DNA of 63,706 nucleotides, the filler included, from Hausera hauseri (taxonomy: Eukaryota): assembly GCA_046269625.1 (NCBI GenBank). It is 8 parts of 8 records of this genome, joined end to end, with 100 filler letters (N's around TTAATTAATTAA, not from the genome) between each part and the next. Parts side by side here need not be neighbours in the genome. Positions count along the whole stretch, not along the records: positions 24,283 to 47,891 come from JBJURY010022229.1; positions 47,992 to 54,947 come from JBJURY010048774.1; 6 more parts are not named here. One strand, written 5' to 3'. The notes under the pieces were generated by a model, which was not told the DNA's origin, searched no databases, and saw nothing but the letters and a program-made list of their open reading frames with translations. Shown here piece by piece: positions 46,301 to 51,700 of this stretch (its first letter is position 1; the number at the start of each line of letters is the position of its first letter). The position numbers were made by a program, and so were the translations under genes.

Positions 46301-47891
46301 GCGAGAACGCTCCCCCGGCATTCCTGGTGAAAACCAGGGTTTTGGTGGTACTGTCATATTGATAGTCCACGCCCGTCACGCTGTTGATGGTTTTGTCCAG
46401 TACCTTGCCCGAGGTACTGGCCGAGAGTGACAAGTCGGTATCCAGCACCAGCTTGTCGTTGACGGTATCAAAAGCGGCACCACCCAAGACCAGCTTGATC
46501 GAGGCAATATCGGCCTCGGCAGGTGTGCTGATTTTTGGTGCAAATACCTTGCCGGCACTCGCATCAGTGACGTTGACCGTTATGTTGTCTGAGGCTTGTG
46601 TGCCCGTGTTGCCATTGTCCAGATCAACGCCAGCCGGGGCAACCGTATCCACCTTGATGGTCACCGTACCCGCAGTACCAATGTTACCGGCAAGATCGAC
46701 ATAGCTGATGGCGGCCGAGCGATCGGTCTGTGCTGCGCCTGTCGCAGCGGTTTTGAACAATATCCCTGCCACGATGCTGCTCACCTGGGCCGACGTAAAC
46801 GCCCCTCCCGCGTTCTTGCTCAACAAGAGCACACCGGAACTCTTGTCAAAACTGTAATCTACCCCGGAAACCCCGCCAATGGTCTTGTCCAGCACCTTGC
46901 TACTGGTACTGGCCGCAAGCGACAGGTCTATATCCAGCTTCAGCTTGTCATTGTTGGCATCTATACCACTCAATGTAATCTGCACACTGCCAATGTCGGT
47001 GCTGCTTGATGACTGAATATTGGGTGCAATGGCCTTGCCATTCGTGGCATCGGTAGAACCCACCAGGATGGAGTCACTGGACTGGGTACCCGTAGCAGCA
47101 CCCAGATCCACATTGGTGGGTGCCACCGTATCCACCGTGATGGTCACCACCCCCGGCACATTGGTATTCCCCGCCAAATCGGTATAACTCACCGTAACGG
47201 CGCGATTACCTTGATTGGCCCCGCTGGCGGCTGTCTTGAACTTGATGCCAGAAACGATACCACTCACATCTGCCCCGGAAAAAGCACCCCCCCCGTTTTT
47301 GGTCAAGGTGAGCGTTTTGCTGATGCTGTCAAAGGTATAGTCCACCCCACTCACCGAACCTATGGTCTTGCCCGTGGCGGCTACATTGGAGTTGAACGCC
47401 ATATCGGCATCCAGCGCCAGTTTGTCACGTGTGCTGTCCAGCGCCGCACCGGACAGCACCAGTGTGATTTTGCCTATATCGGTACTGGCCGGTGTTTTAA
47501 TCAAGGGGGCGATGGATTTGCCGTTGACCGCCTCTGTTGCATTGACCAGCATACTCGTTGCCGCATTCACCCCTGTCTTGGTGTTATCCAGATCAACATC
47601 TTCTGGCGGTGTAGAGTCCAGCGTGATGGTAACGGCTGCCGAAGTGCCAGCATTACCCGCCACGTCAATATACTGTATGGTGGCCGTTCGAGAACCTTGA
47701 GTTGCGCCACTACCAGCCTTGTACTGAATGCTTGACAGGATATTGTCAATCACCGCGTTGGAGAATGCGCCTCCCCCGTTTTTGCTCAGCGTGAGGGTTT
47801 TGGTGGTGCTGTCATATTGATAGTCCACACCCGTCACCCCATTGATGGTTTTGTTCAGCACCTTGCCCGTGGTGCTGCTGGCCAGACTCAA
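25398..47891 (-). CDS. Giant repetitive surface adhesin-like protein, >7497 aa, 5'-truncated by the contig end
   Basis: Uninterrupted 22.5-kb ORF. It has ~20 tandem ~160-aa repeats plus 4 dispersed copies, bacterial Ig-like domains (DTTP, D.AGN), 8 F5/8C/fucolectin-like domains (NVALNK, WLQVDLG) and a C-terminal SPM-like Ca-binding module. Confidence 0.95.
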   Translation of the reverse strand: MSLASSTTGKVLNKTINGVTGVDYQYDSTTKTLTLSKNGGGAFSNAVIDNILSSIQYKAGSGATQGSRTATIQYIDVAGNAGTSAAVTITLDSTPPEDVDLDNTKTGVNAATSMLVNATEAVNGKSIAPLIKTPASTDIGKITLVLSGAALDSTRDKLALDADMAFNSNVAATGKTIGSVSGVDYTFDSISKTLTLTKNGGGAFSGADVSGIVSGIKFKTAASGANQGNRAVTVSYTDLAGNTNVPGVVTITVDTVAPTNVDLGAATGTQSSDSILVGSTDATNGKAIAPNIQSSSSTDIGSVQITLSGIDANNDKLKLDIDLSLAASTSSKVLDKTIGGVSGVDYSFDKSSGVLLLSKNAGGAFTSAQVSSIVAGILFKTAATGAAQTDRSAAISYVDLAGNIGTAGTVTIKVDTVAPAGVDLDNGNTGTQASDNITVNVTDASAGKVFAPKISTPAEADIASIKLVLGGAAFDTVNDKLVLDTDLSLSASTSGKVLDKTINSVTGVDYQYDSTTKTLVFTRNAGGAFSPADVSGIVSGLKFKSASTTSGERTVTVNYTDLAGNGGSAALITINLAIAVPDAVDLDNVTSGTQASGSVIFNAADASSGKSIAPAIAEPVATDIASIKLVLAGTSLDAANDLLVLAGASVPLNANKTATNTAIVGVNVDYTYTAATKTLVISKAGGGALDNTKVDDIVNSILFKTTSTTQGDRTVTISYINVSGNAGTAAVSTLTLDTIAPSAVDLDAATLTQAAVTVMMNAAEAPVGKVIAPNIQTPAVDDIGTIKLVLSGTIDSTKDKLVLDADAPVNTNKTGSNVTIGSVTGVNYTYTASSKTLELTKNGGGAFSAANVSAIAAAIKFKTTTDASQGDRVATITYIDLAKNAGTSGAVTIKVDTTAPDAVDLLAATGTQGTSTVMVNAAEAPNGKAIASTIQQPVATDITTVTLVLGGTLDTKNDKLVLDADLSLASSTTGKVLNKTINGVTGVDYQYDSTSKTLTLTKNGGGVFSPANNVSAMVSAIKFKTLASGATQGDRTATIKYADEAGNNSTAGVVTITVDTVAPAGVDFDAANGTQASSSVIVNAAEASTGKAIASKVQTPSETDIASIKLVLGGTMDTTNDKLVLDADASVGTDKTATNVTVAGVSGVDYTYTAASKTLVLSKNGGGALSVAQVATLVAGIKFKTAASGATQGDRTATFSYTDIAGNTGSEGTVTVTVDTDAPSGVDLGTATGTQDTATVTVNATEASTGKVIAPQLQAPASSDIAQIKLVLSGTLDTTNDKLVLDADVGLLSNSDNVLNKTVGGISGVDYVYTASSKTLVLSKNGGGVFSAAQVGSIAAALKFKTAGSGATQGDRVATLSYLDAAGNAGASGAVTIKVDTGVPDAVDLDNVTTGTQATATISLNAAEASAGKAIAPKIQAPTADDITSLAVALSGVDTANDKLVLDVDAPVNADKTGSNVTIGGITGVSYTYTASSKVLTLTKYTTSAPVVFTKAEVASVLSAIKFKTTSSATQSDRTVSINYADAVGNTGTAGTVTINVRTVKPNDVDLKAASGIDATDTVRVNATEAPAGKAIAPNIQEPTSTTITKVTLVLGGTIDTENDKLVLDADAPVNANKTGSNVTIGGVTGVNYTYTASSKTLELTKNGGGAFTNTTIDNIVAGISFKTAASGATQGNRTATITYADAVDNTGASGVVTIAVDTVLPLAVDLDKNTQGAQATASVMLGTADTTNGKSIAPLIASSTDTDLGTIRITLGTGWDTTNDKLVLDTSLNLAANSTATNVTVGGVSALNYTYTASSKTLEIGQTTPNTAISSADVVKIVSGILFKTTSTTQGDRKLSINYLDLAGNVGEASATVTLTLDTTAPSAVDLDSLGGTQATSTVTINATEATAGKAIAPQLQQPSSTDITTLRMVFAGTGLDTANDKLVLDADVALSTNATASNKTVGGTAVDYSYDSTTKTLLITKNGGGVFTGAQVSAVGAAVKFKTAASGATQGDRTATISYLDAASNAGTSGVATITVDTVKPDNVDLDNATTGTQNAATVTVNATEAGTGKVIASALQTPTSAEIAKVTLAFSGTGFDSANDKLLLDVDVALNANLTTTNRSFGGTTIDYVFSTSSNTITISKSGGSVFTAAQVANIVKAIKFKTASNATQGDRSVTLTYLDPVGNAGDAGVVTLKVDTGVPTAVDLDNTTTGTQNTSSVSFNIADATSGKAIAPLIAAPTSTDITSIRLSLAGAGLDTTNDKLTLDADLSLNSNVSGSGKAVGGVTVNYNYSSADKILLITKAAGAAFSTAADVSKVLAAIKFNTATSATQGARTVTVSYLDASGNASDSGVITVNVDTKVPDAVDLDKDTTGTQAASSVTVNASEASTGKAVAPLIATPSATDIGTIQLVISGSSIDTSNDKLVLDADMALNANATATNKTVGGVAVDYSYTTTSKTLALTKNGGGAFSAANVSAIVAALKFKSTSSNSGDRTIAIKYIDLAGNAGTGGTATVSLSTVVPDAIDLDKDTTGTQASATMMVNATEASAGKVITPALALPTVSIISTVKLTLGGTGFDSANDKLVMDADLALNANATATSKTLGGITVDYTYNSSTKLLTVTKNGGGSFAAADVKALVSAIKFKSASTTQGDRTATLQYFDSAGNSGASGTVTMTLDTTAPNAIDLDKNTTGVQATSTVVVNATDATNGKTLTPLLLTNTSADVTRITLVMGGTNFDSSNDKLVLDADVAFSAGTTATNKTVGGVAVDYSYTTASKTLLITKNGGGTFSAADVSTIVSAIKFKTAANATPGDRTVAVNYQDAAGNQGDAGTVTVTVDTKAPDAVDLDNNTTGAQATASVTMTASQAASGNQSIASKLAAPSDSDISTISVVVAGTNFDAANDKLVLDVALALNANATGTNKTVASIAGVDYTYTASSGKLVLTKNGGGVFTGAQVGSLVQGLIFKTTSTTAGDRTFTINYTDINANAGTQGVSTLTLSFATPDDVDLASTSGTQASAQLTVNATEASAGKGIAPGLQAPFAPNITKITLALGGTWFDAVNDKLVLDVSVSLNANATATGKSLGGVTVDYSYDSAAKKLVITKNGGGAFTNSTINGIVSAIQFKTTSTTQGDRTVDITYSNAANTSGAAGTVTLKVDTIAPSAVDLDSADGVQATSTVTLNSTEASAGKAIAASLQAPASTSSDITRLTLAITGTIDSTNDKLVVGSDTPTLGTSSSNTSLAIGGVSGLQYQYDATGKVLTISRSDSAALAVADVKSILNSIQLKTASTTIGDRVITINYLDAAGNSSNAGVVTAKVDSYVPTITSYTDNTNTGGSATGTFTTFGSTDQLAPTLNGTLDAPLTGGNVLAVYDGATRLGTATVATTAVGGKYNWTYTATSNWTVGTHVTKIRVETSAGAAVSTYSEARNYVVQTVSSTASLVDDTASPSTTVVSGDLYMSARYVLIRKDTMAGGDSYLAVRELEVIDREGVNRALNATVVAKGSLGTGFEPAKAVDGTTGSQSGYVSDNALGWIQVDLGAVYDIKKVNYYPRGDGSQHQSGNVIMLMSRNVMGTSGQALPADLSSRTDVSTVALGAVNDGDATMRVWNASDLTIGNTATRAYAIATKDTTPTISGAIGTAMALNEELAIYDGATRLGTATVSGTSWTFTPGTALTDGTHALRAVVQAQGETALGNARAVSSNTLDVSVYSVPPTITKINSTTVNGAYKAGSSINITVTTSAPIAAGGTLTALLNTGDTVLLTADGNNSTTLVGTYVVGAGRNNPSLTVSSFTAGSGAAAPKDPAGNALNVALPTGANLSNNRTLVIDTTLPDGVDLSGSTGVQTTAAITVNATEASAGKAVASGAQEPGAADTIATIRLVMGGAMLDTANDKLVIGSDLSLGTDASGTATVGGVSVNYTYTAASRQLQLTKASGAFAAADVASVVTGILFKTTATATQGDRTVAISYFDQAGNQGNTGTVTVTVDIYGAKILNYVDDVSIRGSTTGTFTTFGSTDDTMPVLNGTLDAPLSGTNVLAVYDGTTRLGNAAVQATAVNGKYNWSYTVSTALAIGLHNLTVRVETSAGIAVSTSSPVQPYTVQNVVTTQNVTDNVSGTNVTVDSTKMTTFKARYVMVKKEVVTGSNDELSFSEIAVYDKDGTNVALNKTVTVGQQGSDSSTSYAPGKVVDGDASSFYYPDTALAGTSGTGQWLQVDLGAVYDVSSVVYTARPPNGPERSNNNAIYMSQTSMGVSGQALASNFAARSDVAKYSVTNVTKTGQVVASLVGQFLIDATAIVETIKARYVMVKKDTLTANAGDIDNWLAFSELAVYDKNGTNVALNKTVTIGQQGSYSADWAPAGAVDGKTTTTTGGDTGYQSSAATYGTGQWLQVDLGAVYDVSRVVYTARQESGRQQQSNKNAIYLSQSSMGTSGEALASTFATRSDMAKVSVVDIVNTGQVDTFAAGAFTLGATVDYSQSINTRDNTPGISGTLRAALSAGEEVAIYEGDTKRGVATTNGLSWSFTPPSSLSDGAHTLTAVVQPVGSSSPANALVLSNNIQVVVDAAAPVISNITSSLANGSYTTGTAVVLNVTVSKSVIPGSSLVLTLNTGDTVVVTRDTNNAKLFTGTWTVPADRSSSLLNVTAVNYGAVKPIDSLGTVLTAAVPSNNQNLGDTKSIVIDSFAPNAVDLAATDGVQATATVQGSLTEAAAGKAIAPNIQAPAATDITQLKLALGGAGFDAANDKLVLDADLSLSATSALFTNKTIGGVAGLNYQYDSSLKTLSVSKNGGGSFTPTEAKNVLAAILFKTASTVMGDRTATITWQDLAGNVSPSGVVTLQLDNYHPTIVNYVDASATNGSVTGTMTTFASSDETRPVLNGTLDSALTGGNVLAVYDGLVRLGYATVDGTATSGKYNWTYAVPSPLALGAHPIKVQVESSTGASLGLVSPVKTYSVQQVKLNRVYDNTSGSDVSVSQTSPVIIKARYVMVKKEVADILSFSEIAVYDKDGTNVALNKTVTVGQQGSYDTTNWNPGRAVDGSTAANVGYHTGDSAYGTGQWLQVDLGAVYDVSRVVYTARQDSGYQAQSNNNAIYLSQSSMGTSGEALASDFASRTDTAKYSVTNVTQAGQVSTLLASQFATGSAVETGGSDDTFNARYVLVKKETLTGTEVDNYLGFMELSVMAGGANVALNKTVTIGTQGQYDFSSWKPANIVDGSTSTGYAGSGISTDAWVQIDLGAVYAISSITYTPRSGSDYTQSNNTAIYLSQNSMGTSGQALASNFATRTDMVKYSVNNLASGTTSKTITVNSFTPVSTVNTADTTPKLSGTLAVALSAGEELAVYDDTTRIGAATVSGNNWSFTPASPLSVASHTISVVVQAVGETSKANARALSNTLTLGISETLPTIVSISSSTANGSYKAGSSINITVTASENITASSTLTLTLDTGDTVVVTRDATNPLIFTGTYTVPSGKTSSGLTVSSIALGSGAAQPKDLSGKVLSSALPASNLANNKTIIIDTTSPAAVDLSASFGTQDTSTIAVSSASALSGVAIASGIQAPGTGDGITSITVTLGGAALDVSGDKLTLDTDIALGANVTATSKTIGGVSGMNYSYVAASKTFTLSKAGGGTFTPADVTAVVSALLFKSTSPNSGNRTATISYADLAGNASATGVVTLTLTVPPPLPDAVDLTAVTGVQAVNTVTVNSTEMISGKAIMPNVQTPTYTAIAKLKLVLSGVALDVTNDKIKLGNDLALSADATQTNVTVGGVAVDYAYTASSKTLLITKNGGGTFTTTQVSALAQALLFKSSSATTGDRVVTVSYLDGSNNEGTSAAVTVKVDPYAPVITGYTDDMALNGSVTGSLTVFGSSDDTTPLLKGTLDMPLSGTNVLAVYDGTTKLGNATVDTAPTDGKYNWSYQVGTALSTGAHALSIRVETAGGGALSVYSAEQTHIVQNAVISNVFDNSGGSDVSVVQPVTTVNARYILVRKDKANQANDNYLSFGELQAFDVNGVNVALNKTTSAYSTNNSTTTAGSLAVDGIIASSQQGFSTDNTALGWWQVDLGAVYQLKQVLYAPRQDASQAQSNNISILMSNSIMGTGTGTALPSITGTRADVAQVQYGSTDSGGSTSITPIVWNAGTFTQGSQVQSASTNVTGTVKARYVLVKKDLLLSNGGDWEKKLSFAEIMVMSGGQNVALNKAVQVGTQGEFGASENRSMAVDGNTTSSDYTQSTTISSGTNAWVQVDLGAVYDVSSVTYVGRNNTGPQLSNNVGIYLSQNVMGTENTDLPGSFATRTDIAKYSVTDVTRQSQVKTISAGAFTFGATVEGTRTLNTHDNTPKLAGTIAAALAGNEELAVYDNGVKIGTATLSGTNWTFTPTAALSDGIHNLTVAVQDQSVTSLSSARVVASSVTVNIDTVVPTITSISSVTANGSYKADSVIDITATVSKSLNANSTLTATLDTGDTVVLTRSATDPTVFNGSYTVLAGRNSAALAVTSVALGSGAAAPQDATGLQLSTTLPAGSNLANKTFVIDTTAPSTPTLTLAVDSGQSATDNITNVGVVNVGALEAGAAWQYSVDGGTTWVNGTGSSFTVTGDGAKTLKVRQTDVAGNVSGTGSLTMTLDTTAPTQVLSSLSISNDSGASSTDFVTNVQGQNIKALLSSALGSNENLMLSTDSGNSWKKVVASHISDLRAMRYIRIYHTDAGDSSALALTGVKVIVNGVDILAGKLATAGADSSFSSSIYHNPAAGTDANTYGGDWNSQSTSSTSNLLYVASGTKKYIEYDLGANYFVDDIQLWGRNDTTAESNNLRVYGSVNAMGTTTYSTLATQTGVSKADVTTVNTTLHGPGTSVTLPGSVLGVSTNQTLAPGANNSIKVKVEDVAGNESSTLSQTYSLIPTQTFSQVSFSNDNGASSTDFITSTAAQNVTAGISDTVLPGNKVMISVNNGTTWTDVTSNVVSGSITSSFVTTSSTTTLAAGSISSINSLAGISGSLNGSSVASGASKTATPILFQSSSGQRDFWLAWYDGTNTKAVHVRLTDSGGNIVAQVIEAKSTSGNHVNGDYDFYTSGTVETTTTTSSGSGYGVDTLKLSVLYTAVTLQNSLPTASSNTLKLKVQDAYGNDGQTTFSQSYTVTSTPPVVLDLSRDGQMDYSQLRTAKGTMGWVGAKDGMLIWDKYGDRKVHDASQYVLTTYGGKTDLEGLRNFDSNHDGVFDVRDAKFSQFAVWQDLNQNGMSEVGEVRSLAHWGIKAINLTSNNQHVRVSDIVREHGQTAAVLADGSTMKVADTEFGLNMATTVTAKAPVKEAVSVATAPLGFGDTQPETTQIHGVHQGKCLMGHKAEHLKVVVYDKKGNVMDQAFVDNMGHYEIHTGSYRGKILLALQDAHNPDVVLWRAAGLVQPGHKFIADINHLTEMAVNDMGLKAGEVNIKNITHATIIDANLGAARHFLKQQEATGSNKAQDVTQWANDLVRGLETSAGSDQHLGCTRLHTPAAMPDEVPHSDLAVLQNWAQSVMLPHDQQHKMILG

Positions 47892-47991
47892 NNNNNNNNN
47901 NNNNNNNNNNNNNNNNNNNNNNNNNNNNNNNNNNNTTAATTAATTAANNNNNNNNNNNNNNNNNNNNNNNNNNNNNNNNNNNNNNNNNNNN

Positions 47992-48190
47992 GGAGTACCT
48001 TGTTCGATTTGATATAGTTTAATTTTTAGAAGTCGTAGAACAATAATCACATTTAATGTTGGAATGACGAATGTTCCAATTGATTTGATATACAACGATA
48101 TAATTTCCAACCAAACAATAGTTTTTGTAAAATGTGTAGTTGTCGGGGTATTTGGTAGCAAATGTACTGTAATCAGAATTCAGACAGAAA
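47992..48190 (-). pseudogene. Possible GPCR-like transmembrane fragment, frameshifted
   Basis: LYIKSIGTFVIPTLNVIIVLRLLKIK resembles TM5 of peptide GPCRs; the match is short and weak. Confidence 0.3.
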
Positions 48191-48554
48191 TTATCAACTG
48201 ACGAAATAGGAGAATTCTTCCGTTTGTTTTGACGCATTTTCAGATGGAACCCGTAATCTGGACAGTTCTTCTTGAAGTGAATCGTTTATTCTTTTTAAAG
48301 TTTAAATTGTATAATCTTTGTGTCTGAGGTCTGTATGAGCATCTGACAACTGTGATTTAAGATTTTCCAATTTAACATTCAAAGCAGCGACTTTTTTTCG
48401 ATCGGTCGGAGAATTTCCGAATGCTGTTCTTGACAAATTAAAAAGTTTATCATATGATGATTTGACTTTGAGTCTAGACATTTGTTTAATTAATTTATCC
48501 TTTTTTCCTAACTCATCTTGATAAGCTGTTATTTGTTCTTGTATTTTGAAAAGA

Positions 48555-48778
48555 TGCAACCGCTAGTTGGCGAACGGCGATTTTGCATAGGATGCTCGGC
48601 TACCTGTGTTTAACAGGAAACAAACCAAAATTCAGTAATGCTCGCTTCTGTCAACGAATTTTGGAAAATTTTCGAGGCGGGGAATCGGGTCGGACTATTG
48701 ATCCGACGCGACGGCTACGGACGCCCGGCCGTGCCCGACCAAATGGACCAAAGGTCACCGGCCGCTGTGGGCACCACA
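48555..48778 (-). repeat. Complete 3' LTR of copy C (224 bp, TG...CA), preceded by purine tract GAGGGG(TGA) at 48779-48787
   Basis: Starts TGTGGTGCCC directly after the PPT and ends CTAGCGGTTGCA. Both ends are shared with the 18371-18583 copy. Confidence 0.8.
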
Positions 48779-51700
48779 TCACCCCTCGTGGCAAAGCGAA
48801 AACTATAAAGATCAAAATAGACGGAAAGAAACAATCGCTAAACGAAAAAGTGTCTATGTCAGCTGGTCTTAGTGTGGACAAGACTTTGGGTGCCTTGTAC
48901 TGATTTTTCCCTACTATACTTGCTAAATGTGACTCTGCGTGTTTTGTCTTTATGCGATGTGTTTGCTTGCAGAGTTTGAAGTTGGGGAAAAACATTGTCG
49001 GATTTTGTTGTGAGTGATGTGTCGTGCGAAGCTGAGTCAGAATAAAGAAAAGACGGTGAAGGAGGAAGAGAGGTTGTTGGATACAGGCGGTTGAAGGAGT
49101 TTAAGGGAGTGTTGGAAGACAAAGGACTGGAAAGAGGTGCAGTGGCGGATGAATGAGGAGAGACGAAAGGAGGCGTAGAAATTGAAATTGTATTAGGTGA
49201 AAGGGTAGAAGTAGAGGATGAAACAGAGGTAGTAGTAGGGAGAGGAAGAAAGATGGGGATAGAAGTAAAGAAAGGAGGAAGTTGCAAAGCGGAAATGAAA
49301 GGTGTAAAAAACGATGTGCGAGGAGAAAAGGAAAGAGAAAGCGCCGAAGATGAGGAAGGTGTGGAAGGAGAAAGAAAGAGAGAGAGAAGACGGCGAAGAG
49401 GGACAAAACGGAAGAGAGCAAGAAGATGGAGAAGGCGAAGGAAAGTAGTTGGAAGGTGGTATGCAAAAGGTTGAAATGATGAAAGAGGTAGATGGAGAGA
49501 TTTGTGAAGTCGAAGTGGTGTTTGATGGAGGAAGTGCTGTAAAAGGAGAAAGCAGGTTGTTGTGAAGAGAAGAAGGAGGAGGTGGAAGGCTTGAAGGTGC
49601 AAAATCGGATGGGGGAAAAAGGATGAACTGTCAGAAAAAATGGAAGTAGAAGTCTGGGGAGAAAACATAGGGGAAAGTGGGTTAAAGAATTTAGCAGAGA
49701 TGGAAGGTGAATTGTTGAATTGCTGCGCGTCGTGTAAAGATGCTGGTGGAGAAGTGGTTTCAATGGGAAACGTATCGTCAATGAAGAAAGCCGGTTTGGC
49801 GTTGTTGATGTGGATTGTTACTTTTTTGTCATCCTTGAGAATGGAGATGTTGTGAAAGTGTAAACGAATTACTTTGTAACGGCCAACATACTGAGGTCGA
49901 AAACCACACGGCGTCTGATTCTTCAGCCCTGTGAACTTGGCAGTATATAAATTGTCGGGTATGTAAGGTTTATTTCCGTGTAGTAGTCTATAAAATGAGT
50001 CTTTGCTGATCTCAACGAAGTGTCTCTGGGCCGCTTGTATGGTTTCGTTTGTAGGAATATTGTCCAGCTAAGCTAGCTCGAATAATGGTTTGATAGAAGT
50101 ACTAAATAATGCTTCTGCAGGTGAACAGCCTGTAGAAGTAGATGGTGTATTTCGCCAGCAAAGCAGAACGTATGGAAGGAGTGTGGCCCAACTGCGATTG
50201 GACTCAGCAAGGATTTTAAGAGTCGTTTTCATCGTTCGGTGAAAGCGTTCGAGAAGGCCATTCGATTGAGGATGATATGGTGACATGTGAATGTGGTTAA
50301 TTCCCAGTCGATTGACAAGAGCTTTAAACAGGTTGGATTCAAACTGTGGGCCTCGGTCCGAGATGATGTGGCGAGGTGATCCAAACCTGCTGATCCAAAT
50401 GCGGATGAAAACGTCTGCGATTGTTTCTGTGCTAATGCTCCGAAGCGTGACAACCTCTGGCCATCGCGAGGAACTGTCCATCATTATGAGGATGAACTGA
50501 TGGCCGTTGTCTAAGGGTAGTGGGCCTACAGGGTCAATATGAACAGATTCAAAACGAGACGTGCAGGGAAAGTGATATAGTGGTGGCTTTAAGTACTTAG
50601 TAACTTTGTATTTTTGGCATGTCACACACTGCCTAACCCATGCCTGCACGTCAGAGCGTATCGATGGCCATACTACTTGGCGTTATAAGAGTCGAAAAGT
50701 GGCCTTGGCACCAAGATGGTGCAGCGAATGGTGTAGTTGAATGCTCCTTTTTGAAGCGATTCAGAAAGGATAATTTTAGGATTATTAGGCTTGAAGGTGT
50801 CAAAAGCCACACCGTCGATGGTTTTGCATGATTTAAAAGATTTAAGGATATCAGGAGGTGGCTGGTTTTGTTGAAGTTTGGATCGAGGGAAAATTGGTGT
50901 AATATCAATCGAGCTGACCGATCGGGGCAAGAAGTCAGCTACTAAATTGTCTACTCGGTTTAGGTGCTTAATTTCAAAATTAAATGTAGACAAATACAAC
51001 ATTTGCCTCTCCTAACGTGGAGAAGGCGATTTCATGGTAAGAATTTGAAGCAAAGGCTTGTGGACCGTTTGCATTGTAAAGGTTCGTGCGGTTAGCAGAT
51101 GCTTAAAGTATATACGGCAAGGACCATTGCAAGCAACTCTCGGTCAAAGGTAGAATATCTTTGCTCTTGTGCCGTGAATTTTCGAGAAAAGAATTCTAGT
51201 GGCTCATGGGATCCATTTTTGGCTTGATGGTGGACAGCACCTGCAGCTGTTGTGGATGTATCGGTGGTTAAGAAGAGTTTTGCTTGGGAGTCAGGATAGG
51301 CAAGGATTTTCACGGTTTTTAGATTATCTTTGAGGTGATCAAAAGCATTGACTAGCTTGGCGGTCCATTGAGTAGGCTGTTTTTTCTTGCAAGAGCTTAT
51401 TGATGCAAATGGAGCGGTTAGAGTGGAGCAGTGTGGAACACACTTATGAATAAAGTGCAAGGTTCCGAGGAAAGAACGCATCTCTGTTGATGTATGTGGT
51501 AGCTGTATGTTTTTGAGCTGTGTGATGCGGTTTGGCTGAGGTGAATGTCCGGAGGAGCTAATAACATGTCCTAGAAAGTTGACCTTATCTTGAAAAAAAA
51601 GCATTTGGAGAAATTAATTTGCAAGTTGCTTTGGTGCAAGCGTTGGAAGATTAAACGTAAGTGCTCAGAGTGTTGTTTTGAGGAAGATGATGCAATTAGA

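Noticed and set aside
25416-47749. Dozens of plus-strand ORFs (up to 709 aa) opposite the giant gene
   Set aside because: These are antisense shadows caused by GC-rich codon bias and repeats. They show no motifs.
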